From the NCBI GenBank assembly GCA_039179785.1, contig JBCDEK010000004.1, positions 8,768 to 72,767 of the forward strand: a stretch of 64,000 nucleotides of DNA, in the 5' to 3' direction. Both the position numbers and the translations under genes were made by a program. This document shows, piece by piece, positions 55,838 to 64,000 of the stretch; positions within the stretch are counted from its first letter, which is position 1, and the number at the start of each line of letters is the position of its first letter. Origin of the DNA: Pseudomonadota bacterium. GTDB lineage: Bacteria > Pseudomonadota > Alphaproteobacteria > Rhodobacterales > Rhodobacteraceae. The notes below the pieces were generated by a model. It searched no databases, was not told where the DNA came from, and worked only from the letters and a program-made list of their open reading frames with translations.

Positions 55838-57433
55838 ATGACTGCCCCCGCCATCGAACTCAAAGGCATTTCCAAGGCCTTTGGCCCCGTGCAGGCCAAC
55901 AAAGACATTTCGATCCGGGTGATGCCCGGCACGATCCACGGGATCATCGGCGAGAACGGGGCGGGCAAATCGACACTGATGTCGATCCTCTATGGCTTTT
56001 ACAAGGCTGACGCGGGCGAGATTTTCATTGGCGGGAACAAAACCGAAATTCCCGACAGCCAAGCAGCCATTGCCGCAGGCATCGGCATGGTGTTCCAGCA
56101 CTTCAAGCTGGTGGAAAACTTCACCGTGTTGGAAAACATCATTCTTGGGGCCGAAGACGGCGGGCTGCTGCGCCCGTCCCTGGCCAAGGCGCGCAAGACC
56201 CTGCTGGAGTTGGAACAGGAATACGACCTTAAGGTCGATCCCGATGCCGTCATCGAAGAGATCGGCGTGGGGATGCAGCAGCGGGTCGAAATCCTCAAGG
56301 CCCTCTACCGGCAGGCAAATATCCTGATCCTCGACGAGCCTACGGGCGTGCTTACGCCCGCCGAGGCCGACCAATTGTTCCGTATCCTTGGACGGCTCAA
56401 GGAAGAGGGCAAGACGATCATCCTGATCACGCACAAGCTGCGCGAGATCATGGATATCACCGATACTGTCAGCGTGATGAGGCGTGGTGAGATGACGGCG
56501 ACCGTCAAGACGGCCGAGACCAGTCCCGAAGAACTGGCCGAACTGATGGTGGGCCGCAAAGTGCTGTTGCGCGTGGACAAGACCCCGGCCGATCCGGGTG
56601 ATGTGGTGCTGGACGTGCAGAACCTGAAAGTGGTGGACGAACAGGGGGTTACGCGCCTCAAGGGCATCGACCTACAGGTGCGGGCCGGTGAAATCCTGGG
56701 CATCGCCGGTGTGGCGGGCAACGGGCAGTCCGAATTGCTGGAAGTGCTGGGTGGTTATGCGGATGCGACCGGCACGGTGACCCTGAATGGCGATCCGATC
56801 GACTTGACCGGCAAATATTCCGACGGGCGGTCGCGCCGGGACAAGGGCATCGCGCACGTGCCAGAGGACCGGCAGCGCGAAGGGTTGATCATGGACTTTG
56901 CTGCGTGGGAGAATACGGCGTTCGGCTACCATCGGGACGCGGCCTATACCTCCGGCGTGCTGTCGAACAACGCGGCCATCAAAGCGGACACGGCAGAGAA
57001 GATGGAGCGCTTTGACGTGCGCCCGCCCCATCCGCATCTGGCGGCCAAGAATTTTTCCGGCGGGAACCAGCAAAAGATCGTTCTGGCGCGCGAGATCGAA
57101 CGGAACCCCGACCTGCTGTTGATCGGCCAGCCCACGCGGGGCGTGGACATTGGGGCCATCGAATTCATACACCAGCAAATCGTGGCCCTGCGCGATCAGG
57201 GCAAGGCGATCCTGCTGGTATCGGTCGAGCTTGAGGAAATCCTGGGCCTAGCCGACCGCGTGGCCGTCATGTTCGACGGGCAGATCATGGGCGAACGGCA
57301 GACGTCCGAGACCGATGAGAAAGAACTGGGGCTGCTCATGGCGGGCATCACTGACACGGACAAACCGCACGACTTTGCCGAGATTGAAGCCAATCTTGCC
57401 CACGCGCATGGCGATGCGTCGAAGGAGGTCTGA
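55838..57433 (+). CDS. ABC transporter ATP-binding protein (two NBDs, CUT2 type)
   Basis: GENGAGKST, LDEPT, FSGGNQQK, PTRGVD. Confidence 0.95.
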   Translation: MTAPAIELKGISKAFGPVQANKDISIRVMPGTIHGIIGENGAGKSTLMSILYGFYKADAGEIFIGGNKTEIPDSQAAIAAGIGMVFQHFKLVENFTVLENIILGAEDGGLLRPSLAKARKTLLELEQEYDLKVDPDAVIEEIGVGMQQRVEILKALYRQANILILDEPTGVLTPAEADQLFRILGRLKEEGKTIILITHKLREIMDITDTVSVMRRGEMTATVKTAETSPEELAELMVGRKVLLRVDKTPADPGDVVLDVQNLKVVDEQGVTRLKGIDLQVRAGEILGIAGVAGNGQSELLEVLGGYADATGTVTLNGDPIDLTGKYSDGRSRRDKGIAHVPEDRQREGLIMDFAAWENTAFGYHRDAAYTSGVLSNNAAIKADTAEKMERFDVRPPHPHLAAKNFSGGNQQKIVLAREIERNPDLLLIGQPTRGVDIGAIEFIHQQIVALRDQGKAILLVSVELEEILGLADRVAVMFDGQIMGERQTSETDEKELGLLMAGITDTDKPHDFAEIEANLAHAHGDASKEV

Positions 57434-57436
57434 GAC

Positions 57437-58555
57437 ATGGATGTGATGCCAAAATGGGCCGAGGTGATCCTGGTCCCGCTGCTTTCCCTGATCCTGGCCG
57501 CGATCCTGTCGGCACTGGTGATCCTGGCCATTGGCGAAGACCCTGTGGCCGCGGTGAACCTGATGGTCACGGGCGCTTTGGGGTCGACCTATGGCTGGGG
57601 GTATACCCTTTATTACGCGACGAACTTCATGTTCACGGGGCTGGCTGTGTCTGTCGCATTCCATGCCGGGTTGTTCAACATCGGCGGTGAGGGGCAGGCG
57701 ATGCTGGGGGGCCTTGGTGTGGCGCTGGTGTTGCTGTTCATTCCGTGGCCGCACTGGACCGTGGCGCTGCTGGCCGCCACCTTGGGTGCGGCGGTGTTTG
57801 GCGCGCTGTGGGCGGCGATCCCGGCCTATTTGCAGGCCAAACGCGGCAGCCACATCGTGATCACCACGATCATGTTCAACTTCATCGCGGCGGCGGTGCT
57901 GAACTACATGCTGGTCAACCAGTTGCGCCCGGCGGGCAGCATGGACCCCGCGACCGAGCGGTTTCGCGAGGCGGTCCACCTGCCCAATCTGCATGAAATG
58001 CTGGCACCGATTGGGATCAACTTTTCCAAAGCTGCGCCTGCAAATGTGTCGCTGGTGATTGCAATGATTGCCTGTGTGCTGGTGTGGCTGTTGATCTGGC
58101 GCACGCCGCTGGGGCTTGAGATCCGGTCCTATGGCAAGTCGGGGCGGGCCGCGAAATATGCGGGTATTGGCGCGGTGCGGATCACGATGATCGCCATGCT
58201 GATCTCGGGCGCGTTGGCTGGGATGATGGCGATCAACAACGTGATGGGCGAGGCCGAGCGGCTGGTCCTGAACGCCGTAGAGGGGGCCGGGTTCATCGGG
58301 ATTGCTGTGGCACTGATGGGGCGGAGCCATCCCTTTGGCGTGTTTCTGGCCGCGATCCTGTTCGGATTTCTCTATCAGGGCGGGGCCGAGCTGGCGCTGT
58401 GGACGTCGATCCCGCGCGAGTTGATCGTGGTGATCCAGGCGCTAGTGATCCTGTTTACAGGCGCACTGGACAACATGGTGCGCATGCCGCTGGAGCGCGT
58501 ATTTCTAGCGGCGCGCAATGCTCGCACGTCCAAATCGGTTGAGCCGGCGGAGTAA
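57437..58555 (+). CDS. ABC transporter permease
   Basis: GLFNIGGEGQ, GFIGIAVALMG. Confidence 0.93.
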   Translation: MDVMPKWAEVILVPLLSLILAAILSALVILAIGEDPVAAVNLMVTGALGSTYGWGYTLYYATNFMFTGLAVSVAFHAGLFNIGGEGQAMLGGLGVALVLLFIPWPHWTVALLAATLGAAVFGALWAAIPAYLQAKRGSHIVITTIMFNFIAAAVLNYMLVNQLRPAGSMDPATERFREAVHLPNLHEMLAPIGINFSKAAPANVSLVIAMIACVLVWLLIWRTPLGLEIRSYGKSGRAAKYAGIGAVRITMIAMLISGALAGMMAINNVMGEAERLVLNAVEGAGFIGIAVALMGRSHPFGVFLAAILFGFLYQGGAELALWTSIPRELIVVIQALVILFTGALDNMVRMPLERVFLAARNARTSKSVEPAE

Positions 58556-58560
58556 ACGAC

Positions 58561-59535
58561 ATGGATATTCTCGCGCTTTTCGATCTGACCGTTCTGGACT
58601 CGACCGTGCGTCTGGCGACACCGCTGCTTTTGGCCTGTCTGGCCGGTCTGTTTTCGGAGCGGGCGGGGATTTTTGACATCGGCCTTGAGGGCAAGATGCT
58701 GTTTGCGGCGTTCTTCTCAGCTGCGATTGCCGCCATGACCGGTTCGGTCTGGCTAGGCCTGCTGGCGGGCATCGCGTCGTCCATGGCGCTGTCGGGCATT
58801 CATGGTCTCGCTTCGATCACCTTCCGAGGCAACCAGTTGATTTCGGGCGTGGCCATCAACTTTCTGGCTGCGGGTATGACGGTGCTGATCGCGCAAGACT
58901 GGTTTCAGCAAGGTGGGCGGACGCCGTCGCTGATCGGTGGCGGGCGGTTCGAGCCGATCACCCTGCCCTTTGCCAATGCGCTGAGTGGTGTGCCTTTTGT
59001 CGGGCCGATCTATGCCGAGTTGATCTCGGGCCATACGATCCTTGTTTACGTTGCCTTGCTGGCCGTACCGGGAACGTGGTGGTTGCTGTTTCGCACGCGG
59101 TTCGGTCTGCGCTTGCGGGCTGTGGGCGAGAACCCGGCAGCGGTCGATACGGCGGGCGTGTCCGTGGTGGGCTTGCGTTTCGTCGCAGTCGGTATCTGCG
59201 GCATCCTGTGCGGGATTGCGGGTGCCTATTTGGCGACGGGTCTGCAGGCCGGGTTCGTCAAGGACATGACGGCGGGGCGTGGGTTCATAGCACTGGCCGC
59301 GCTGATCTTTGCCAAGTGGCGGCCGTGGCATGCCCTGTGGGCAACGTTGCTGTTCGGATATCTGCAGGCCATCGCGCTGCGGCCTGACATCATCGAAGGG
59401 GCCCTGGGTTTCAAGGTGCAGGTGCAGTTGTTGGACGCCCTGCCCTATATCCTGACGGTCGTCATCCTCGCAGGGTTCGTGGGCAAGGCCATCCCGCCCC
59501 GTGCGGGCGGTGAGCCGTATGTGAAGGAACGCTGA
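58561..59535 (+). CDS. ABC transporter permease
   Basis: SERAGIFDIGLEG, RAVGENP, GRGFIALAA. Confidence 0.93.
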   Translation: MDILALFDLTVLDSTVRLATPLLLACLAGLFSERAGIFDIGLEGKMLFAAFFSAAIAAMTGSVWLGLLAGIASSMALSGIHGLASITFRGNQLISGVAINFLAAGMTVLIAQDWFQQGGRTPSLIGGGRFEPITLPFANALSGVPFVGPIYAELISGHTILVYVALLAVPGTWWLLFRTRFGLRLRAVGENPAAVDTAGVSVVGLRFVAVGICGILCGIAGAYLATGLQAGFVKDMTAGRGFIALAALIFAKWRPWHALWATLLFGYLQAIALRPDIIEGALGFKVQVQLLDALPYILTVVILAGFVGKAIPPRAGGEPYVKER

Positions 59536-59636
59536 CAGCAGGACGATAAGTCCAGATCGCCCATAAACTTAGTCCCAGATTGCTGCGCGGCGGCGTGACA
59601 TCTTGATTTCCCACACGACCCCTCATAACAGGGGCC

Positions 59637-60554
59637 ATGCAAATCTACCTGCCTATCGCCGAGGTATCGGTCAACGCGTTCCTGCTTTTGGGACTGGGCG
59701 GTATGGTGGGCGTTCTGTCGGGTATGTTTGGCGTGGGCGGCGGCTTTCTGATGACGCCGCTTTTGTTCTTTATCGGCATCCCGCCTGCTGTGGCTGTGGC
59801 GACCGAAGCCAACCAGATCGTGGCGTCATCCTTTTCCGGTGTTCTGGCACATCTCAGGCGCAAGACCGTGGATCTGAAGATGGGGACCGTCCTGCTGATA
59901 GGGGGCCTCATAGGCGCGGCACTGGGCGTGCTGATCTTCAACTATCTCAAGTCGCTGGGTCAGGTCGATCTGCTGGTGCGCCTGTGCTACGTCGTGTTTC
60001 TGGGCGTGATCGGCGGGCTGATGTTTATCGAAAGCCTGAACGCGATCCGCAAGACGGCCAAGGGCACTGCGATCCCGACCCGCAAGAAGCACGGGCTGAT
60101 CCACAAGCTGCCGTTCAAGATGCGGTTCCGGGTCTCTGGCCTTTATATCTCGGTCATTCCGCCGCTGCTGGTGGGGCTGAGCGTGGGTATCCTTGCCGCT
60201 ATCATGGGTGTCGGCGGCGGGTTCATCATGGTCCCTGCGATGATCTATCTGCTGGGCATGCCGACCAAGGTGGTTGTGGGCACGTCGCTGTTCCAGATCA
60301 TCTTTGTCACCGCGTTCACCACTATGTTGCATGCCACCACGAACTATACCGTGGACGTGGTTCTGGCCGTGCTGCTGCTGGTCGGCGGCGTTATCGGGGC
60401 GCAGGTGGGCACGCGGATCGGTGTGCGCATGAAGGCGGAGCAGTTGCGTATCCTGTTGGCCCTGATGGTGCTGGCGGTTTGTGGCAAGCTGGCCTTTGAC
60501 CTGCTGGTGATGCCGTCCGAGCTATTCTCGGTCGGCGCAGTGGAGGGGCATTGA
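59637..60554 (+). CDS. TauE/SafE family (sulfite exporter-like) membrane protein
   Basis: MQIYLPIAE, two GVGGGF repeats, GTSL. Confidence 0.92.
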   Translation: MQIYLPIAEVSVNAFLLLGLGGMVGVLSGMFGVGGGFLMTPLLFFIGIPPAVAVATEANQIVASSFSGVLAHLRRKTVDLKMGTVLLIGGLIGAALGVLIFNYLKSLGQVDLLVRLCYVVFLGVIGGLMFIESLNAIRKTAKGTAIPTRKKHGLIHKLPFKMRFRVSGLYISVIPPLLVGLSVGILAAIMGVGGGFIMVPAMIYLLGMPTKVVVGTSLFQIIFVTAFTTMLHATTNYTVDVVLAVLLLVGGVIGAQVGTRIGVRMKAEQLRILLALMVLAVCGKLAFDLLVMPSELFSVGAVEGH

Positions 60555-61306
60555 TGCTGCGCCTTTTGCTCATCGCGTTGCTCTTCGCTGTGCCCGCTTG
60601 GGCAGAAGAAGTTGTGCTGGGGTTAAGCCAGGACGAGGTGGCAATCACCACCAGCTTTGATGGCTCCGAAATCCTGATCTTTGGCGCGGTGAAACGCGAA
60701 GCACCGATGCCGGAGGGCGCATTGGGCGTGATTGTCACCATTGCAGGTCCCCCCGAGCCTGTAACTGTGCGCCGTAAGGAGCGCCGCTTTGGCATCTGGG
60801 TGAACACGGATGCGGTCGAGTTGGATGGCGCGCCGAGCTACTATGCCGTGGCAACAAGTGCGCCGCTCGATGATGTGCTGGGCATTCGCGACAATCTGGA
60901 ACACAAGGTGTCGGTGCCATCCATGCTGCGCGGGGTCGAAGCACCGAATACCGTGTTGGATGCCAGCGCCTATGTGGCTGCGTTGATCCGCATCAACACC
61001 AATGCGGGCACCTATCAATTGCTCGAAAACCAGGTGGTTGTGGATCAGGACACCCTGTTTCGGACACGTATTCGACTGCCCGCGGCCTTGACCGAAGGGG
61101 CCTATGAGACGCGTATCTTTCTGACGCGCGACAGCCAGGTCGTTGCCAGCTATGAGACCGCAATTGAGGTGCGAAAGGTCGGGCTGGAGCGGTGGCTGTT
61201 TACTCTGAGCCGCGAGAACCCGTTCTGGTATGGGATCATGTCGCTGGCCATCGCCATTGCCGCCGGATGGGGCGCGTCGGCGGCGTTTTCACTGATCCGG
61301 AATTGA
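60554..61306 (+). CDS. TIGR02186-like membrane-anchored protein
   Basis: Signal peptide, RRKERRFGIWVN, VRKVGLE, C-terminal TM; usual partner of the preceding gene. Confidence 0.85.
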   Translation: MLRLLLIALLFAVPAWAEEVVLGLSQDEVAITTSFDGSEILIFGAVKREAPMPEGALGVIVTIAGPPEPVTVRRKERRFGIWVNTDAVELDGAPSYYAVATSAPLDDVLGIRDNLEHKVSVPSMLRGVEAPNTVLDASAYVAALIRINTNAGTYQLLENQVVVDQDTLFRTRIRLPAALTEGAYETRIFLTRDSQVVASYETAIEVRKVGLERWLFTLSRENPFWYGIMSLAIAIAAGWGASAAFSLIRN

Positions 61307-61311
61307 GGTTT

Positions 61312-61370
61312 GGTGCGCATTAAATGCGCACAAGGCTATGGCGGCGGTGCGCAGTGAATGCGCACCCTAC
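61312..61370 (-). repeat. GTAG-type REP doublet
   Basis: Plus-strand hairpins GGTGCGCATTAAATGCGCAC and GGTGCGCAGTGAATGCGCACCCTAC (minus GTAGGGTGCGCATTCACTGCGCACC). Confidence 0.75.
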
Positions 61371-62893
61371 GGTTGTTCGGCTTCCAATGTGAGGGTTGCC
61401 GCAGGCACGGTGCGCAAGTCGTCGATGCGCAGCGGGCCACTGGGCTTTGAGAGCCTGTTGCGCACCACCCAGATCAACCGATCCTGCGCGCGGGTGATGG
61501 CGACATAGGCCAGTCGCTTCCACAAGGGTTGGCCCGCTTCGGTGCGGTTCATCTTTGCGGCGACATAAAGGTCCGGCGCGAACACCTGCACGGTGTCCCA
61601 TTGCGAGCCTTGCGCCTTGTGGATGGTTACAGCCGCGCCATGGAGAAATGTGGCGCCCATGCGGGCGGCGTAGGGGATAAAGGGTTCTTCCTCGTCCGGT
61701 TTTTCTATCTTCACGATGGAGGCGGCCGACACCTGCGGGTCCTCTGCCCCGATCACGTGCAGGCGGGAAAAGCCCGGTTTGCGGCCCTCACCCAAGTAAA
61801 CGACCTGCGCGCCCTTGATGAGCCCGCGCGCTTCAAGATCGAGCCGCTTCTTGCGGTGCTTGAGGGGCAATTCCAAACCGTCGCAGATCAGCGGCTCGCC
61901 CTCGATCAAACGGTCTTCGGGGGCGTCATAGACGCTGCGGAAGGCATTGATCAGGCGGATACGGGTGGCGTTGCGCCAGACAAGGACGGGACTGCGGGCC
62001 ATCAGGTCCACTTCAACACGTTGCCCCCAGACGACACGCTCGTCTTTGCCCGCCGCTTCTTCGACCATGCGTTCAAACGCATAGAAGTCGACTGATGGGT
62101 CCGCCAGCGCATGAGCAAGGTCGAGAATCGGGTTGTCGGCAGCTTGGCGGTGGATGCGGCCCAGGTTCATCACCCGTTTCTCGGGCAGTTTGTCGAACAC
62201 CATGGCACCGGACTGGTTGACCGGCGCAAGCTGGGCCGGGTCGCCGAACAGGAGGAGCGTGGGGAAAATTTCCTTGAGGTCGTTAAACTGCTTGTCATCG
62301 AGCATCGAGGCTTCGTCGATGAAACCGATATCAAGCGGCTCCTCGCGCCGTTTCCAGCCAGTGATGAAATCGCTGCCACGCAGGCCTGCGGCGGCGAGCG
62401 CGCCGGGGATGGATTTGTTGGTCTGGTAGAACGCATGGGCGCGGTCAAGCGCCTGATCCGTCAGCCCTTCCACCTCGGGCCGGTCGCCATTGCCTGCGAG
62501 CCATTCTGCGATGCGCTCGTATTCAGGGTCGTAGACAGGCGTGTAGAGGATGCGGTGGATGGTGGTGGCTGGCACGCCGCGGAAGCGCAGGACGCTGGCC
62601 GCCTTGTTGGTGGGGGCGAGGATGGCAAGTGTGCGGCGGTCCTTGCGACGGCGGGATTCGTAGTCGCCCGAGACGACGTCGACCCCTGCCGCTTCAAGCG
62701 CCTTGTAGAGTTCCGACAGAAGGAGAGTTTTACCCGATCCGGCCTTGCCGGTGATTGCCATGACGGATGTGGAGGACGATTTCGGCGGCATCAACAGCGC
62801 ATCATCCAGATCAATGCCCGCCTCGCGCAACATCTCGGTCACGGTGTCATAGGCGGACGCCTGATCGTCGGAAAGGGCCAGGGCGGTGGACAT
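61367..62893 (-). CDS. RecD-like superfamily 1 helicase
   Basis: GKAGSGKT, APTNKAA, DEASM, GDPAQL, TIHKAQGSQW, YVAITRA. Confidence 0.93.
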   Translation of the reverse strand: MSTALALSDDQASAYDTVTEMLREAGIDLDDALLMPPKSSSTSVMAITGKAGSGKTLLLSELYKALEAAGVDVVSGDYESRRRKDRRTLAILAPTNKAASVLRFRGVPATTIHRILYTPVYDPEYERIAEWLAGNGDRPEVEGLTDQALDRAHAFYQTNKSIPGALAAAGLRGSDFITGWKRREEPLDIGFIDEASMLDDKQFNDLKEIFPTLLLFGDPAQLAPVNQSGAMVFDKLPEKRVMNLGRIHRQAADNPILDLAHALADPSVDFYAFERMVEEAAGKDERVVWGQRVEVDLMARSPVLVWRNATRIRLINAFRSVYDAPEDRLIEGEPLICDGLELPLKHRKKRLDLEARGLIKGAQVVYLGEGRKPGFSRLHVIGAEDPQVSAASIVKIEKPDEEEPFIPYAARMGATFLHGAAVTIHKAQGSQWDTVQVFAPDLYVAAKMNRTEAGQPLWKRLAYVAITRAQDRLIWVVRNRLSKPSGPLRIDDLRTVPAATLTLEAEQP

Positions 62894-62934
62894 GCCGCGA
62901 CCCTATAGGCGGGGCGCGGCAGGTGCCAGCGGGT

Positions 62935-63570
62935 TCAGGCGGTGCGCGCAAATTCAAGGCGGGATGCGGTGCCGAAAGCGTGGTCGAACCACTGGCGCGA
63001 GCGGTCGAGCGGCACGCCTGCGCGCTCGGCTACAGCAGCGGCGGCCTGATCGTCGAAATGCCACAGGCCAACGCTAATCTGATCACGCCCTTCGCCCGCG
63101 CTGCCCAACACATCGGGTGAGGAGCCGATCATGCGGTAGATGCGGACCATGCGCGCGTCGAAGACACCGACGAAGTGTTCGACGCCGAAGTTCTGCATGA
63201 TTTCTCCTCCGCCCAGCATCAGGGCTGCGGCCACGTGGCTGCCCGCACCGCGGGTCAGGCAGAAGCGGGTGCATTCCCAAATGACGGGGCTTTTGATGGG
63301 ACCCGAGATGAGGTCGCCGAAATGCTCGTTTACCATTGTACGGCCTGTCGTTGGCAGAAACCGCATCGAGCCGCCGTGAGAGCCGTCGGGTTCTTCCCAG
63401 ATCACATAAAGCGGGTTCAGATCATCGTATTCATCGCGCTCGTACCCGTCGTGGTCCACCTGCACGTCCCAGCCCAATCGGGTTTTGAACTGGTCCGCGC
63501 GGTCGCGGAACATGGTGCGGGCAAGTTTGGGGTGATCGCCAAGATCAGAAGCATAGACGTAACGCAGCAT
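62935..63570 (-). CDS. luxI: Acyl-homoserine lactone synthase
   Basis: RADQFKTRLGW, ERDEYD, SMRFLPT, WECTRFC. Confidence 0.95.
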   Translation of the reverse strand: MLRYVYASDLGDHPKLARTMFRDRADQFKTRLGWDVQVDHDGYERDEYDDLNPLYVIWEEPDGSHGGSMRFLPTTGRTMVNEHFGDLISGPIKSPVIWECTRFCLTRGAGSHVAAALMLGGGEIMQNFGVEHFVGVFDARMVRIYRMIGSSPDVLGSAGEGRDQISVGLWHFDDQAAAAVAERAGVPLDRSRQWFDHAFGTASRLEFARTA

Positions 63571-63683
63571 TGAAGTATCCTTGTCAAACCGGGGCGGGTA
63601 TGACCAAAACACTACCGATGCGTGCGTTAAAATCCCATATACACACGCGCACGATGTGTTACCGAAAGTGGCAACAGGGCGAT

Positions 63684-64000
63684 TTACACCACAATCAGGC
63701 CGCGGCTCATGGCCCGAGCAACGGCGTGTGTCGTGTTCATGGCGCCCAATTTGAAGCGGGCGCTTTCAATATAGACGCGCAGGGTGTGCTCCGAAATTGA
63801 CAAGGTATCGGCCACCTGCGCGCGGCTGTATCCCATGGCCAAGAAAGTCATGGCGTCCACCTCGCGCGGGCTGAGCGCCTGGGATTGTTCGGGCGCGCGA
63901 TCCGGTTCGAATTCAAGCGCCTTTTCGTTGAACGTGTGGGCGATCAGGATCAGGTCGCGGCGGTGCGCGTCTGTCCAGTCCGCCCACGTGTCGTCGTCGC
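63684..64000 (-). CDS. luxR: LuxR family regulator, C-terminal part (runs off the window)
   Basis: Hand translation ...LSPREVDAMTFLAMGYSRAQVADTLSISEHTLRVYIESARFKLGAMNTTHAVARAMSRGLIVV*; upstream of luxI. Confidence 0.92.
   Translation of the reverse strand, partial: DDDTWADWTDAHRRDLILIAHTFNEKALEFEPDRAPEQSQALSPREVDAMTFLAMGYSRAQVADTLSISEHTLRVYIESARFKLGAMNTTHAVARAMSRGLIVV

Overview
High-GC alphaproteobacterial chromosome segment; gene content and order (gcrA, opgCGH, luxR-luxI, Hint/RTX protein, meaB) point to the Roseobacter group (Rhodobacterales). The first ~1.93 kb is the lower-GC end of an integrative element. Its large serine recombinase CDS reads through the antisense strand of the target tRNA-Phe. 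The remainder is mostly core genome: yacG-RNase E/G-maf-infA, cobB, a copper chaperone, rpmB, meaB, hrpB, argD-argF-panE, gcrA, cueR-copA, a ThDP enzyme plus CoA-transferase, opgCGH, arsR-permease, nhaA, kpsT/kpsE-kdsA-phosphomannomutase, asmA, rimO, a Hint/RTX protein, nifU-like-tsaB-rimI, a BMP-type ABC transporter, a RecD-like helicase and luxI-luxR. The most interesting signals are small and unannotated: (1) a leaderless Arg-codon-rich leader ORF (MIKIASLRRALRRS) ahead of argD-argF; (2) a reversal of C/G strand bias inside the intact asmA gene, beside two identical copies of the palindrome CTGTCCCCGCGGGGACAG; (3) a CxxC/RAPP leader whose Pro-Pro codons can pair with the Shine-Dalgarno of the copper chaperone gene; (4) a LexA-boxed small tandem-repeat protein; (5) an FnrL-boxed 4-Cys protein; (6) several small repeat/MITE families, some supplying stop codons. 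All calls were made by eye; no searches or computations were run.
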